Numbered from the whole stretch's first letter, positions 1-12,994 are shown. The stretch: 63,887 nucleotides of DNA, filler included, from Reclinomonas americana ATCC 50394 (GCA_048213135.1; 6 parts of 3 records of this genome joined end to end with filler, not necessarily neighbours in it); one strand, 5' to 3'. Notes: generated from the letters alone by a model not told the origin. A program made the numbers and translations.

Positions 1-49
1 CCCTTCCCCCTTCCCCCTTTTCCCCTCTCCTCCCTTCCCCTTCGCCCAC

Positions 50-3000
50 CTTCATGCGCTTCGCGACATACTGCACCGTGGTCTCATTGTGCGACGCCAC
101 CATGAACTCGCAGAACGAGCGGTTCTCCAGCAGCAGGTCGACCGCCTTGTGATACGCCTTGTGCGTGTCCTGCAAGCACACACAACGCGATCAATCGCAG
201 TGACAAGGGGGAAAGACGCGAGAGAGAACAGCAAGACACTTGATGAGGATCGTGTTGACAAAGCGTGAAAAAAGGCAAGAGCAGAGTGCGTGGGAGTGTG
301 AGCACGAGAGAGGGAGAGAAAAGGACTGCAGAGCGTGCGTGAGAGAGGGAGTCTTGTCAATGTGCAAAACCTCAATGGTCGGCCAAATGGGATCCTCGTA
401 GCCCTTTTCCTGCGCTCGTTGGCGCTCCAATACCATGTATGCACCACGGACGCACTTGACGCCTGCACCACACCTTGAGTGCAAATCCTTCGCATTGCTA
501 CCATTGCGCGCACAAACCGTAATAGTACCCGCCCTGCTTCGCGGCCTGGATTTCCAGATGGAGGCGCGCGACCGAGTCCTTGCGGTAGCACTGAATGGTG
601 TTGTAGATGACGGCGCAGGTCTTGTTGTGCTTGCGCTGCAGGTCCATGGCCAGCAGGTCGATGGCACCCTGGAAGTACGTGTGCTCTGCAAACGTGAAAT
701 GGTGAGAAGGAGATAAAACGCTGGAGAAGCCGAATGTGCGTGACATACCAGCATCAATCATCAGGCGCACACCCTTGCTGAATGCAGCCTCGGCCAGGCG
801 ATCGAGGCGAGCTACAATGTTGTCCATTTGCTGCACCTGACGCGGTCTGCAATGATGAAGAATGAGGGATGTGGGAAGAAGAAGGAAGGATAAATATGGG
901 GCAGAGATACCAAGCGAGTCGGAGCAAATACATCACACAAACAAGCTCTCTATGTTTCCGCTTGTGATTGTGAATGTGCGTGTCAGACTCGTGGCAGCAC
1001 GCAACGTCAAGGTCGGCAGATTGCGCGATCCAAGACCACTGGTGAACAGCTCGCGGGTGGCAATGTTACGTGGGTGCAAGTACGTCATCCATTCGCGCGG
1101 ATCAATCGTGCCCGAGCGGTCCTGCAGATGAGGGAAGTACGAAGTGAGAAAGCGGAGAAGTGAGGATGACCTGCAAAGGAAAGAGTCACGGAACACAAGG
1201 CAGCAAATCGGAATGGAGAGAGAGAGAGAGAGAAACAGAGAGGGAGGGGAGGGAGGAAGGGGGAAGGGTTGAGTCTGCTGATTCAGTTTCTCAGAAGAGA
1301 GACTGAGAGAGGGCACAAAGAGAAGAAATATGGGATAAAAAGATGAAGGTAAAGAGAGCCTCAGTAGACCCTCTGCTAACCAACTTCTTCAGATGAGACA
1401 GAGAGAGAGAGAGAGAGAGAAGATGGAAGGTGTGTGTGTGTGAGAGAGAGAGAGCCATGCTTTGCCTCACAAGACACTCTGCTGACCCAGTGTCTCAGAG
1501 GAGTAAGAGAGAGCAAAAAGAGGGAATGTTTTTGAAGATGGTGGGGAAGAGAGCCATGCTTTGTCACGGAAGACACTCTGCTGTCTCAGAGATCACGTCT
1601 CCCTCTTCTCCACACTCATCCCTTTCCTATGCTCTCGGTATGTGTCGATCAAATCCTCTGTCTGCTAGCTAGTGCGCTGTGTGACAAGCAGCGCTTCCTA
1701 CAGAGAGAATCCTGACAACGATGTCCTTCTTACCATAGACTGCACGAGACACCCCGACAGAGGGGAGAGAGATCCACGCAGACTCAAGCTCTCGCTCTCA
1801 GATTCTCACGTGCACGCACATACTCTTCTTCTTCTCTCTGCGCGTGCGTGTGTGTGAGAGAGAGAGAGATAGCGCGCGCGTGTGTCTGTGAAACCATTCC
1901 AATTGATCCGAACACACACCGGTTCCTTCCGCACTTTCTCTCTCGCACCAACAGAGAGAGACACACACACATACACGCACACATGCACACACTGCGCACG
2001 ACTGAGAATGTACTGTTACCTGTTTCAAGAAACTATGACGCCATCTCCTTCCCATCCTTTTCCCATCTCCTTCTCCCTGCCATCCCCCTCTCCCTTCCCA
2101 TCTCCTCCTCCCTTCCCATCTCCTTCCCCCTTACCCCTTCCCCTTCCCCTTCCCCTTTCCCTTCCCTTTCCTCTTCCCATCCCCTTCCCCTTCCCATCTC
2201 CCTCCCCCTTCCNNNNNNNNNNNNNNNNNNNNTCCCCCTTCCCATCTCCTCCCCCCCTTCCCATCTCCATTCCCCCTCCCCAGCCCCTTCCCCCTTTCCA
2301 TCCCCTTCCCTCCCTTTTCTCAAAACGAACCTGATCCACCATGTTGAACAACTCCTCCAGCACCGCATCCGACACCTCCGGTGACAGCTTGCGCAGCCCG
2401 GCCTTGAAATCAGCGAGCGAGAGGCGACGGTTCAGCGTCTCGCCCATCCCTGCACGGCAAGACATGCACGTTAGCGAAACGTCACCACGAAGCAAGACAG
2501 ATACATGCGCGCAACTAGACTCGTCGCTCTCCAGCGACACGAACAGCGACCACACCTTGCCCTGGACGTCACTAATGTGCTCCAGGAGCTGCGCAACACA
2601 AAAAAGGCAGAATTAGTAGACAGCCAATGCCATGCAATGTGAGAATAAGATGCGCAACATCCGAATTGCCGAGCGCGGTGACCTTGACGGCGGCGAATCC
2701 GTTCTTTTGGTGGCTGGCGGCCTCGATGCACGACAAGAAGACTTCGGTGTTGGCCTCGGCCTCACCCTCTAGAAAAGAAAGGGAGGATGAGGAGGAGGAA
2801 GAGGAAGAGAGGCAGAGAAGGAAAGGATGGGATGCACACCTCCATGATACTCAAAGACGCGCGCCGACTCGACGTCCTTGGAGTGACCAGTCTTCTCCGC
2901 CGGTTGCAGCTTGGCCGGATCCAGATCGGCCTCCACTGCGTAATCCAGAATCGCTCCGACGCCGTTCTTTTGCAGCAGCGCAATCACCGGTTGAATGCTC

Positions 3001-3717
3001 TGAGAGGCGGGGTCATCGAGAAGGGACAGATTGAGGGGAGAGAGAGAGGCGGGAAAGGGAATAAGAGCACCGCATTTACCTTGCCGTCCTCGCCGCCGCA
3101 AAAGTGGCCGAAAAAGGTCTGTCGGGGCGTGGGAGTGAGGGTTGTGGAGGGAAGGAGGAGAGAGTGAGAGACAAAAAGGGCAAAGGAACGGGCGCACAGA
3201 ATGAAAGAAGGGAAGGAGGGAGGGAAGGAGAGACGGAATCAGAGAGAGGGAAGGGGAGACAAGGTGCAGCACGAACCACAAAGAACAGAGAGAAGCAGAG
3301 ACGGAATCAGTGAGAGGGAAGGGAGCCAGAGGCACAGCACGAGCCAAAAAAAGAACAGGGAGAAGCAGAGACGGACGGGGAGAAGAGGCGCAGCACGAAC
3401 CACAAAGAACAGAGAGAAGCCAGAGACGGAATCAGAGAGACGGAAGGGGAGAAGAGGCGCAGCACGAACCAAAAAGAAACAGAGACGGAATCAAAGAGAG
3501 AGAACAAGAGCCAGAGGCGCCGCACAAGCCAGGAGGAGCAGAGACACGAGACACTGGAGGAGCAGAGACACGAGACACTGGAGGAGCAGGGACACGAGAC
3601 GCAGGAGGAACGACAGAGACAAACACTCATCACGGTCTCACACAAGACACAAACCTTCTTCAGCACCCAATCCACGATTCGTCGACCACAAACCCGCTCG
3701 CCAACGCGGATAATTGC
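50..3717 (-). CDS. PRODH: Proline dehydrogenase (mitochondrial type, with EF-hand insertion); multi-exon, 5' end not located, 3' end runs off the window
   Basis: Spliced exons give TFFGHFCGGED, GVGAILDYAVEAD, VRLMIDAEHTYFQ, YNTIQCY, GVKCVRGAYM..ER and VASHN, all PRODH motifs. EF-hand-like DQDRSGTID is also present. All junctions are GT-AG. Confidence 0.93.
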
Positions 3718-3802
3718 CTACAATCGACAATGAGAACATGCAAAGATGCAGAGATGCGATCATTCAACTTGGTTTCTCCGAGTGAGTGACAGTGAAAGAG
3801 AG

Positions 3803-3834
<32 letters not shown>

Positions 3835-4025
3835 AGTGAGTGAGTGCGTGTGAGTGTGAGTGCGTGTGAGTGCGTGTGCGAGAGAGACAAGCCAAGACTA
3901 GGTGCGCATTAGGTGACGATTAGGCGACGACTTAAGGCGACATGGATTACTCTGTGAATGTGTGTATGTGTGTGAGAGAGAGTGTGTGTGTGTGAGTGAG
4001 TGAGTGAGGCAGGGAGTGAGTGAGG

Positions 4026-4102
<77 letters not shown>

Positions 4103-4246
4103 GAGAGAGAGACGTAGTACGTACGTACGTACGTACGTACGTACGTACGTACGTACGTACGTACGACGACGTACGTACGTACGTACGTACGTACGTAGTA
4201 CGNNNNNNNNNNNNNNNNNNNNNNNNNNNNNNNNNNNNNNNNNNNN

Positions 4247-4258
4247 TTAATTAATTAA
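4247..4258. other. Artificial contig linker TTAATTAATTAA flanked by Ns (also 22738, 45011, 54074, 60053)
   Basis: Identical 12-mer with stops in all six frames, each flanked by equal-length N runs. Confidence 0.95.
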
Positions 4259-4302
4259 NNNNNNNNNNNNNNNNNNNNNNNNNNNNNNNNNNNNNNNNNN
4301 NN

Positions 4303-4447
4303 GCAGCGAGAGAGCGACGACGACGACGACGACGAGGAGGAGGAGGATCCACGTTGTTTGGTGGAGATCGTGTTGCGATGCTTCTTGGTGGAGGATACAG
4401 AGGTTGTTGTTTTTCGGTATTTCGCCGATGACAGTCTCCTGCTGTAG
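4303..4447 (+). CDS. 3' end of WD40-array paralog (copy 0), remainder lost in gap
   Basis: Translates ...DDDDEEEEDPRCLVEIVLRCFLVEDTEVVVFRYFADDSLLL*, matching the C-termini of the downstream copies. Confidence 0.85.
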
Positions 4448-4791
4448 CCTGCTTTGGAATGGATACGGGGAGGGGGAGTGGCGCTCTCTCCCTATCTCCC
4501 ACCCTCCGTCCCTTCCACTCTCGTGCTTTTCGTGTCTTGTCTGCCTCTTTTTCGAATCGCTTCTCATCTGTTTCTCGCTTTCCTTCGACCAGTACAGTAA
4601 AAGGAGTGTGAATTCTTGATAAGTACGGCGCCACATTCTACTTTGACTGCCCTTCTGTCAGCTTCTCATGTGATTCGTCTTCTCTTCCCCCATCCATTAA
4701 AGCGAATGCCACAACAGCGTTGCGACGTCCGTTGGTGATCGACCCTTCGCCAAAGGACACAATCTCGCACACTACGCACGCACGCACTATC

Positions 4792-5886
4792 ATGTCATCT
4801 GCACCTCCTCCCTCCCTCCCTCACAAGTGTTTGCATGGACACAGTGCTGGAGTGATGTCCATCGCTGTCACCCCAGACGGGCGGCACTTTGTCACCGGAT
4901 GTTTCGACAAGACAGTGCGTGTGTGGTCGCTGACGACAGGCGAGGAAGTGCGACGTTTGGAGGGACACACTGGTTGGGTGCAGTCTGTGGCCGTCACTCC
5001 CGATGGTCAGCATGTGGTGAGCGCGGGTGACGACACTACAGTGCGAGTGTGGTCACTGGCGAGCGGGGAAGAAGTGCGACTGCTCAGGGGTCACCTTGAG
5101 TCGGTTTGGTCGCTCGCCATCACTCCCGATGGGACGCGTGTTGTGAGTGGAGGCGTGGACATGGATGTGCGAGTGTGGTCACTGGCGAGTGGAGACCTGG
5201 TGCACCTGTTGGAGGGACACACGAACTGGGTGCGCTCTATCGCTGTCACTCCCGACGGTCAGCACGCTGTGAGTGGGAGTGACGACGAGACAGTGAGAGT
5301 GTGGTCCCTGGCGAGTGGCAAGGAAGTGCAACGACTTGTGGGTCACGATGACTGGGCAATGGCGGTGGCCGTCACGCCCGATGGCCTACATGTTGTGAGT
5401 GGGAGTTCGGATTACACAGTGCGCGTGTGGTCGCTGTCGAGCGGGGAGGAGGTGCAACAGATGGAGAGCAACACTTTCTGGTCGTCTGTCGCCGTCTCGC
5501 CCGATGGTCAGTACGTGGTCTGTGGTGGCGGCGACAAGACAGTGCGGGTGTGGTCGCTAGCTACCGGCGAGGAAGTGCGGCGATTGGAAGGGCACACCGA
5601 GAGTGTGAATTCAGTTGCGTTCACTCCCGATGGTGAGCGCATTCTGAGCGTCAGTGGCGATAAGACAGTGCGCTTGTGGTCGACGCCGCGTGGTCTTGCA
5701 CGGCAGGAGCTCCAGTGTGCGCGCCTGGCCATGCAGGCTGTACAGGCGATGCAGCGAGGAAACGACGACGATCACGACAAGGAGGATCCGCGCTGCCTGG
5801 CGGAGATTGTGATGCGATGCTTCTTGGTGGAGGAGGCGGAAGTTGTTGTTTATCGGTGTTTCGCCGACGACAGTCTCCTGCTGTAA
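4792..5886 (+). CDS. Intronless 7-bladed WD40-repeat protein with conserved C-terminal helical tail (copy 1)
   Basis: Seven near-identical GH..V.SVAVTPDG..VVSG..D.TVRVWS repeats; ATG at 4792 shares MSSA(A)PPSLPHK with paralogs. Confidence 0.93.
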   Translation: MSSAPPPSLPHKCLHGHSAGVMSIAVTPDGRHFVTGCFDKTVRVWSLTTGEEVRRLEGHTGWVQSVAVTPDGQHVVSAGDDTTVRVWSLASGEEVRLLRGHLESVWSLAITPDGTRVVSGGVDMDVRVWSLASGDLVHLLEGHTNWVRSIAVTPDGQHAVSGSDDETVRVWSLASGKEVQRLVGHDDWAMAVAVTPDGLHVVSGSSDYTVRVWSLSSGEEVQQMESNTFWSSVAVSPDGQYVVCGGGDKTVRVWSLATGEEVRRLEGHTESVNSVAFTPDGERILSVSGDKTVRLWSTPRGLARQELQCARLAMQAVQAMQRGNDDDHDKEDPRCLAEIVMRCFLVEEAEVVVYRCFADDSLLL

Positions 5887-6171
5887 CCTGCTTTGGAATG
5901 GAGAGGGGGAGGGGAAGTGCTCTCTCCCTCTAGCACTCTCTCCGGATCGGCTCTGTCTACCTCTTTCTTCTCTATTCGCCACCTTGTATTTTCTGATGTC
6001 GACGTCGTCAGCTTCTCATGCGTTTGTCTCCTTCTTCCTGCATTAAAGAGTGTGACTGCAGTTGCTGCGGTGTGTCGATGAGCGATGAGGAGCTATTGGT
6101 GTGGCGAAGTTGAATGGCGGCGTCCCTTCACCGCAAGGACACACGCACGCACATACGCACTCCCATCCGTC

Positions 6172-7278
6172 ATGTCGTCTGCAGCTCCTCCCTCCCTCCC
6201 TCACAAGTCCTTGCATGGGCACGAGGCACAAGTGGCGTCTGTCGCCGTCTCTCCCAATGGCCAGTTTATTGTGAGCGGAGGCCTCGACAAGACAGTGCGT
6301 GTGTGGTCACTGGCAACAGGCGAGGAAGTGCGTCGGTTTGAGGGACACACTCATGCTGTGTGGTCTGTCGCCGTCACTCCCGATGGACAGCATGTGGTGA
6401 GCGCGAGTGAAGACTGCACAGTGCGAGTGTGGTCACTGGCGAGCGGGGAAGAAGTGCGACGGCTGGAGGGACACACTTACGGAGTGACTTCTGTCGCTGT
6501 TACGCCTGACAGTCAGTTTGCTGTGAGCGGGAGTGGAGACGAAACGGTGCGTGTATGGTCACTGGCGAGTGGAGAGGAGGTGCGACAGCTTGAGGGACAC
6601 ACTCGCGTGGTGCGGTCAGTTGCTATCACTCCTGATGGCCGGCACGTTGTGAGTGGGAGTTATGACGAGACAGTGAGAATGTGGTCGCTGGCCAGTGGAG
6701 ACGAGGTGTTGCGGTTGCAGGGGCACATTACATTCGTGTGCTCGGTTGCCGTGTCACCCGATGGTCAGCATATTGTGAGTGGTAGTCATGACTGGACAGT
6801 GCGCGTGTGGTCCATCGCAAGTGGCAAGGAAGTGCGACGGTTTCAGGGCTACACTGGTCCAGCATATGCTGTCACCGTCTCCCCGAATAGTCAGCACGTG
6901 TTGAGTGGGTATCGGGACGACAAGATTCGTGTATGGTCACTGGCGAGTGGAGAAGAACTGTGGCGACTGGAGGGACACGCTGGTGATGTGGCATCTGTTG
7001 CCGTCACTCCCGATGGTCAGCACATTATTAGCGGGAGTGAGGACAGGACTGTGCGTGTGTGGTCGATGCCGCGTGCGCTTGCTCGGCAGGAACTCCAATG
7101 TGCGCGACTGGCGATGCAGGCTGTACAGGCGATGCAGCGAGGGAGCGACGACGACGACGACGAGGAGGAGGTAGAGGATCCGCGCTGCTTGGTGGAGATT
7201 GTGTTGCGATGCTTCTTGGTGGAGGAGGCAGAGGTTATTGTTTATCGGCGTTTTACCGATGCCAGTCTCCTGCTTTGA
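6172..7278 (+). CDS. Intronless WD40-repeat protein (copy 2)
   Basis: Same architecture as copy 1: eight WD40-like repeats followed by the PRALARQELQCARLAM tail. Confidence 0.93.
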   Translation: MSSAAPPSLPHKSLHGHEAQVASVAVSPNGQFIVSGGLDKTVRVWSLATGEEVRRFEGHTHAVWSVAVTPDGQHVVSASEDCTVRVWSLASGEEVRRLEGHTYGVTSVAVTPDSQFAVSGSGDETVRVWSLASGEEVRQLEGHTRVVRSVAITPDGRHVVSGSYDETVRMWSLASGDEVLRLQGHITFVCSVAVSPDGQHIVSGSHDWTVRVWSIASGKEVRRFQGYTGPAYAVTVSPNSQHVLSGYRDDKIRVWSLASGEELWRLEGHAGDVASVAVTPDGQHIISGSEDRTVRVWSMPRALARQELQCARLAMQAVQAMQRGSDDDDDEEEVEDPRCLVEIVLRCFLVEEAEVIVYRRFTDASLLL

Positions 7279-7585
7279 TGAAGATGGAGAGACGCGCCCG
7301 GGGACTCCCTCTCCCTCTCCCTCTCCCTCTCCCTCTCCCTCTCCCTCTCCCTCTCCCTCTCCCTCTCCATCTGTTGTGGCTCCTCTTTTTTTCTGCGGCG
7401 CCACTTTGTTCTTTGATTACCTTCTGTCAGCTTCTCGTCTGTTTTCATCATCTCTTCCCCCATGCATTAAAGCGAATGCGACAACAGCCAACGTTGCGAC
7501 GTCGGTTGGTGATGAAATCCATGTCCCCCGCCAAAGGACACAGTCTCACCCCCCGCCCGACATCTCACACGCGCACACATCCGTC

Positions 7586-7802
7586 ATGTCGTCTGCAGCT
7601 CCTCCCTCCCTCCCTCACAAGTCCTTGCATGAGCACAAGGCACAAGTGACTTCTGTCGCCGTCACTCCCGATGGCCAGTTTGTGGTGAGTGGCTGTGTGG
7701 ACGAGATGGTGCGAGTGGTGTCACTGATGACTGGAGAAGAAGTGCGACGTATGGAGGGACACACTGGCTGGGTGCGGTCAGTCGCCATCACTCCCAATGG
7801 TG
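7586..7802 (+). CDS. WD40-repeat protein (copy 3), truncated by gap
   Basis: MSSAAPPSLPHKSLHEHKAQVTSVAVTPDG... matches the paralog N-termini. Confidence 0.85.
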
Positions 7803-8439
7803 NNNNNNNNNNNNNNNNNNNNNNNNNNNNNNNNNNNNNNNNNNNNNNNNNNNNNNNNNNNNNNNNNNNNNNNNNNNNNNNNNNNNNNNNNNNNNNNNNN
7901 NNNNNNNNNNNNNNNNNNNNNNNNNNNNNNNNNNNNNNNNNNNNNNNNNNNNNNNNNNNNNNNNNNNNNNNNNNNNNNNNNNNNNNNNNNNNNNNNNNNN
8001 NNNNNNNNNNNNNNNNNNNNNNNNNNNNNNNNNNNNNNNNNNNNNNNNNNNNNNNNNNNNNNNNNNNNNNNNNNNNNNNNNNNNNNNNNNNNNNNNNNNN
8101 NNNNNNNNNNNNNNNNNNNNNNNNNNNNNNNNNNNNNNNNNNNNNNNNNNNNNNNNNNNNNNNNNNNNNNNNNNNNNNNNNNNNNNNNNNNNNNNNNNNN
8201 NNNNNNNNNNNNNNNNNNNNNNNNNNNNNNNNNNNNNNNNNNNNNNNNNNNNNNNNNNNNNNNNNNNNNNNNNNNNNNNNNNNNNNNNNNNNNNNNNNNN
8301 NNNNNNNNNNNNNNNNNNNNNNNNNNNNNNNNNNNNNNNNNNNNNNNNNNNNNNNNNNNNNNNNNNNNNNNNNNNNNNNNNNNNNNNNNNNNNNNNNNNN
8401 NNNNNNNNNNNNNNNNNNNNNNNNNNNNNNNNNNNNNNN

Positions 8440-8559
<120 letters not shown>

Positions 8560-8609
8560 TGAGCACTGAGCAGTGAGGGTGTGTCTTGCACACTACGGGA
8601 GAGCGTAAC

Positions 8610-8958
8610 ATTGGGCTCCAAGGCCAGCGCCACCTGCTCAAACTCCTCTGCAGTGTGCACCGCAAATCCGCGGAACAGCAATGCACCGTGCTCAATCATC
8701 AGCTGATGCATCTCCTGCGCACACACAGAGTGAGTGTCTCTCTCTTCCTCTCTCTCTCTCTCTCTCTCTTCGCGCGTGTGTGCATCTGTGCACCTGCTGG
8801 TGGTGCTTGATGAACTCGAGGAGAAACTCGAGAGAGGCGCAGGAGAGGCCGAGCCAGCCGAGGTCGGGCTTGGGCGAGACCACGAGCGGGAAGCTCTTCT
8901 CGGGAGTGAGAGGGCGGAAGGTGAGCAGGTCGGCGGGAGGGGCGACGCGGGCGCACAT
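8610..8958 (-). CDS. TauD/TfdA-family 2OG-Fe(II) dioxygenase, N-terminal exons (rest in gap)
   Basis: FPLVVSP...EMHQLMIEHGALLFRGF..TAEEFEQVA, the typical N-terminal motif of TauD/SyrP-like proteins; two exons visible. Confidence 0.75.
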
Positions 8959-9824
8959 GTTGGTGGGGGAAGTGATATGAGAAGAATCGATGCAATAGAA
9001 TATGCAGCGACTTCGCGGTCGAGAAGATGTCACGAGCGTGAATGCACAACGAGCTGCAGAACCAAGGCCTGTTACAAGTCGCTCCGACGTCTGCCTGGCG
9101 ATGCGCAGAAATCCGCTTTCGAGAAAACGCGCTGTGCAACATGTACAAGCTGCAACCACTCCACTCACTTCAGAGTGTGCTGCGAGAGTCACAAACTTGC
9201 AGGAGGCGACAACTGTTCTTCCCAGCACCGCTGCAGCACACACTCTTCACCATAGCGACGCCACATCCGCAGCGCAGAACTTGAATGCTCGCAAGAGAAG
9301 CCTGCTCCCTCCAACCGCAGCACACACTCTTCAACTTGTGGCGACGTAATACAGAGTTCGTAACGTGCAGGCTCAAAGAACCCGCGCGATCAAACATCAC
9401 AGAGGTCTCACTGTCCGCACACTCACCAGGAGTATAGAAACATACTGCAGAGCCCAGCTTACCAGACGCGGCAGCTCCTCTCTTCCACTGCTGTCTCGAC
9501 CCCACAAGGAACATGTTGCAAATCCCACAAAGTCGTAGCCTGCAACTTGCTCCCTTCCACGGCTGTTGCAGATCGCACTCATTGACTCGGCGGCATCAGG
9601 AAATCGTCACGTACTGCAGAATCACATGATGCAACAGCTTCTCCCTCCTACACCAACGCGTTAATGTTATTGACCGGGCGGCACCAAGAGCTGTCTAGAA
9701 GCACCAGCTCCCCCCTTCCACACCGCTCATCAACCTGGCAAGTTGAGCTCACAACGTGCTGCGGAATCCACAACCTCTGAAAGCTGCGCCCCTTGCAAAT
9801 TGTTTCTCTATTCACTCCTTTTTC

Positions 9825-12018
9825 TCAACAATACACTTGGGCGGAAGAAAACCTGCACGCACGGACACAACGCGGTGAGCACAAGACTACGTTATCAACA
9901 GTGTCGATGCTAACTCACCCGTCCACATTGGAGTGACGGACAGCATCACTGCACGGCGCGCGACATACAGGGCAGTGTGGATGCCTGACAATCCATTCCT
10001 CGAGACATCTGCAAGAAGAGTCAGGAATCGGCAAGCGAGCTTTCATCCTCTCACGACGCATCGCAACTGCTCGCAAAACACATGGCCACATCCCAGGCGC
10101 GTCGGCGTTGTGAGTTGGCTCTCCTGACAAATGGCACAAATGTCGTCTGCGAGGCGGTGAGTTCCGTGCACATCATCTCCGTTGCAAGCTCTCACCCGTT
10201 CCGTCTTCTCTCGACTCCTTCTGCTTCCTCTCGATAATCTGCAACGCTTCCTTCACCCACTCGCCATTCTCGACCTTTCTCATCGCCTCCAGTCTCACGC
10301 CTCCTTACTCTTCATCTCTTTTCAACTCTCCCTTGCTCCACTTCTCCCCCAATATCTGCATGACGGCAAGCACAAGCGACCCACTGAACTCGTTTCTGCA
10401 CCGCCGATAACACGCCTTCTCTTCCCCGCTCCCCGACCACTCACCATGCCGCTCCTGCTCCTCGGCCGTCAGGTACGTGCCAAAGCGCTGCATCGATATC
10501 TGCATGAAAACAAACGCACACTCCCCTGTGCCAAAAATCCGCCACTCACCGAGGTCGACGAGAAGAGAGAGCGGAAGGAGAGCACGACCTGCTTCAATGA
10601 CTTGACGGCCAAGTTGAACTTCAAGCCAGCGTAGAAGCCCCACAACATGTAGCCGAAGAGCTCGTTGTCGGGCGCCCTCTCGAGATACGCGACCCACGGA
10701 TAGACTGGCACAGCAGCGCGATAGATGTACAGTATCGTCTCCAAGAAGGCGTACACACGGTTCTGCAATACAAGGTCAGCACAACTACACAGGAGACGGC
10801 GAGGGGAGACACGCACCACTCGCCGCTGCTGGCAGCACATGAACGGCAGCATCGTGAGCTTCAATGTACACGACATGTACCGCAACACCATGTCACTCAT
10901 GACACAGTACCACTGTGCGTGTAGGATGAGTCGCGCTGCCGTGATTCGCACCCCTCCCCCATCAGTACCAACGCACCAAGGTCGACAACAGCGAGTCCCT
11001 CATCTTTTCAATCGGCGCCTGGAATATCAACATCTTGTACAGCTGGTCCTCACTGCCTCGCACACACGCACGTGTGAGCACACACGATCCTCTTGCATGC
11101 CAGCCTCCATTCAAAGACGCAACTGCGACACAAGCAGCATCACTCCGGCCTGGAAGAGAGTGCCCAGCATCAGCAGCACACACACCAACAGCGACCGATC
11201 CCTCTGCGTGCACGTGAGAGACTCGCCAACGAGAAGACACGGCGGCAATCACTATCGCAACTGGTGCACTCGCCAGCTGCTTTCGCGTGGACGACATTAG
11301 CTCGGCCAGGAACAAGTAGAACCAGATGAACGTCAGAATCCCTGCATACGCACGCATGAGCACGCATCTCTCCCTGCATCCACCTCCCCCCCACACACGC
11401 ACCGCTGATGTGCTTGGCGAGAAACGCCATAAAGATCAGCAGCACCAGCGCCAAGGTCGTGAGAAACGCGATCGACGTGTGCGCCGTGGTCTCGTCGGGT
11501 CCATTCGGCGACGGCACTCCCGCAAACGCATCCGCCGCCACACGCGACAACACCGCCTCCACGCCACTCCACCCTGTGAACAACCATCAAAGTCACTTTG
11601 ATGTCAGAGCAAACCCCACCATGTTTCACTGACCTCGTTGTGCTCCTGTCGACGGTGACTGCATGGGCAGTGGAGGCTGCTGCTGCTGCTGTTGCTGCTG
11701 CTGTTGCTGCATCTCTTGATGTCGCATCGCCATCAGTCGCATGAGCACATCGGCTTGTAGCTGCGCCAGAGCACCTGCTGGTGGTGGTGGCTGTGGTGGT
11801 TGCTGCTCGGCTGCTGGTGGGGCGAGGGGAGCAGATGGAGGTGCTAGTGGTGGAAGGGGAGGAGGTGCGTCTTCTCCAGGCACACGCAGCATGGGGATCG
11901 AAGAGGAAGAGGAAGGTGGAAGAGCGTCATCGTCGCCGCGGCCGCTCTCTACATCGCGTGCGCGTGGTGGTGCGTTGATGTCTGGGCGGCTATTGCCGGG
12001 TTGTGATAACCGATCCAT
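9825..12018 (-). CDS. RING finger transmembrane E3 ligase (RNFT1/RNFT2-like), about 11 exons
   Basis: Several TM segments, then CAICQE..TPTRLGCGHVFCEQCLEEW..HPHCPVCRA (C3HC4) and terminal DGFSSAQVYL*. Confidence 0.85.
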
Positions 12019-12339
12019 GTGGCGACCTCTCACAACAACTCGACACTTGTCAGGCGAACTTCACGCAAGTTCGTTTCTGTCCTGCGAGTCGACAGTATTC
12101 GTTCTGTTGAATCTGTTGTTGACTCGCGCTTGGAGTTGGGAGCGCTCTGGTGCACGGCGAATGAGTGCCACACGAGCAGATTCCGGCGTTCAGTCCGAGT
12201 GTGCGAGCGCGTTGCATGCTCAGCTTCCTTGCGAGTGTTTGGCATCGACAACCATGTCTGTGACGTGTATGCGATCTGCGGCCATGTAGAAGCATGCACA
12301 ACACCAGACCAGCTACGTGCTAGAAGAGTTTGACCCGAA

Positions 12340-12994
12340 CCTCTCCCACACGGTGCCTACTGGGACACCTGACACGTGACACTGCACCAACTCGATGGCT
12401 GGGCTTCTTCGATGGCTGGGCTTCTTCTATGGTCTCCCACACAGAAAGAAGTCCACGATGGAAACGCAGAAAGACTACATCAGAGAACAGATCTATGTGC
12501 CACTGGAAGCAGTTCGCGACTGCAACCTCACTCCTCTTCAGAAAGTCGATGCTATCCGCACGTTCATTCTGCCGAAAGCCACATTCGTCATGCAGTCTAT
12601 CGATCTTACAGCGACCTTACTCAGCGAGATTGACACCAAGATCAGAGAAACAGTGAGAGCCGTCACCGGTCTATCGAAAGGTAGTGGCAACGCAGTGATA
12701 GAGACACCGCTCTCCATGGGTGGGCTGGGAGTTCAATCCCTGGCCGACCGTCGCGCACCTCTCCTCATCGCGTCGGCACACAAACTCCTCACGAGCACGC
12801 GCAACCTCGTCAGAAATGTTGCACACACAGTGAAGGCAGACACGATGGAGAAGTTTGCACTCGTGCCCGACAACGCTGTCCCTCCCACTGATCACCTGTT
12901 CAAGAGAGAAGTCGTGCAGATCCACGAGGAGCTGCATTGCATGCCAGCAAGTAGCGCCCCCGCCCCCCCACCCCGGTTGACTTTCCCTTTGTAG
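12340..12994 (+). mobile_element. Truncated non-LTR retrotransposon relic (post-RT thumb region, R2/NeSL-like)
   Basis: LTPLQKVDAIRTFILPK...EIDTKIRETVRAVTGL...ETPLSMGGLGV resembles the region after the RT domain in REL-type LINEs. It is intronless, has no RT core or endonuclease, and carries a 17-nt tandem duplication near 12394. Confidence 0.72.

Noticed and set aside
4112..4202. (GTAC)n palindromic repeat, also near 31533-31556
   Set aside because: It occurs only at gap edges and matches the TACG flow order of pyrosequencing, so it is probably a low-quality read-end artefact.
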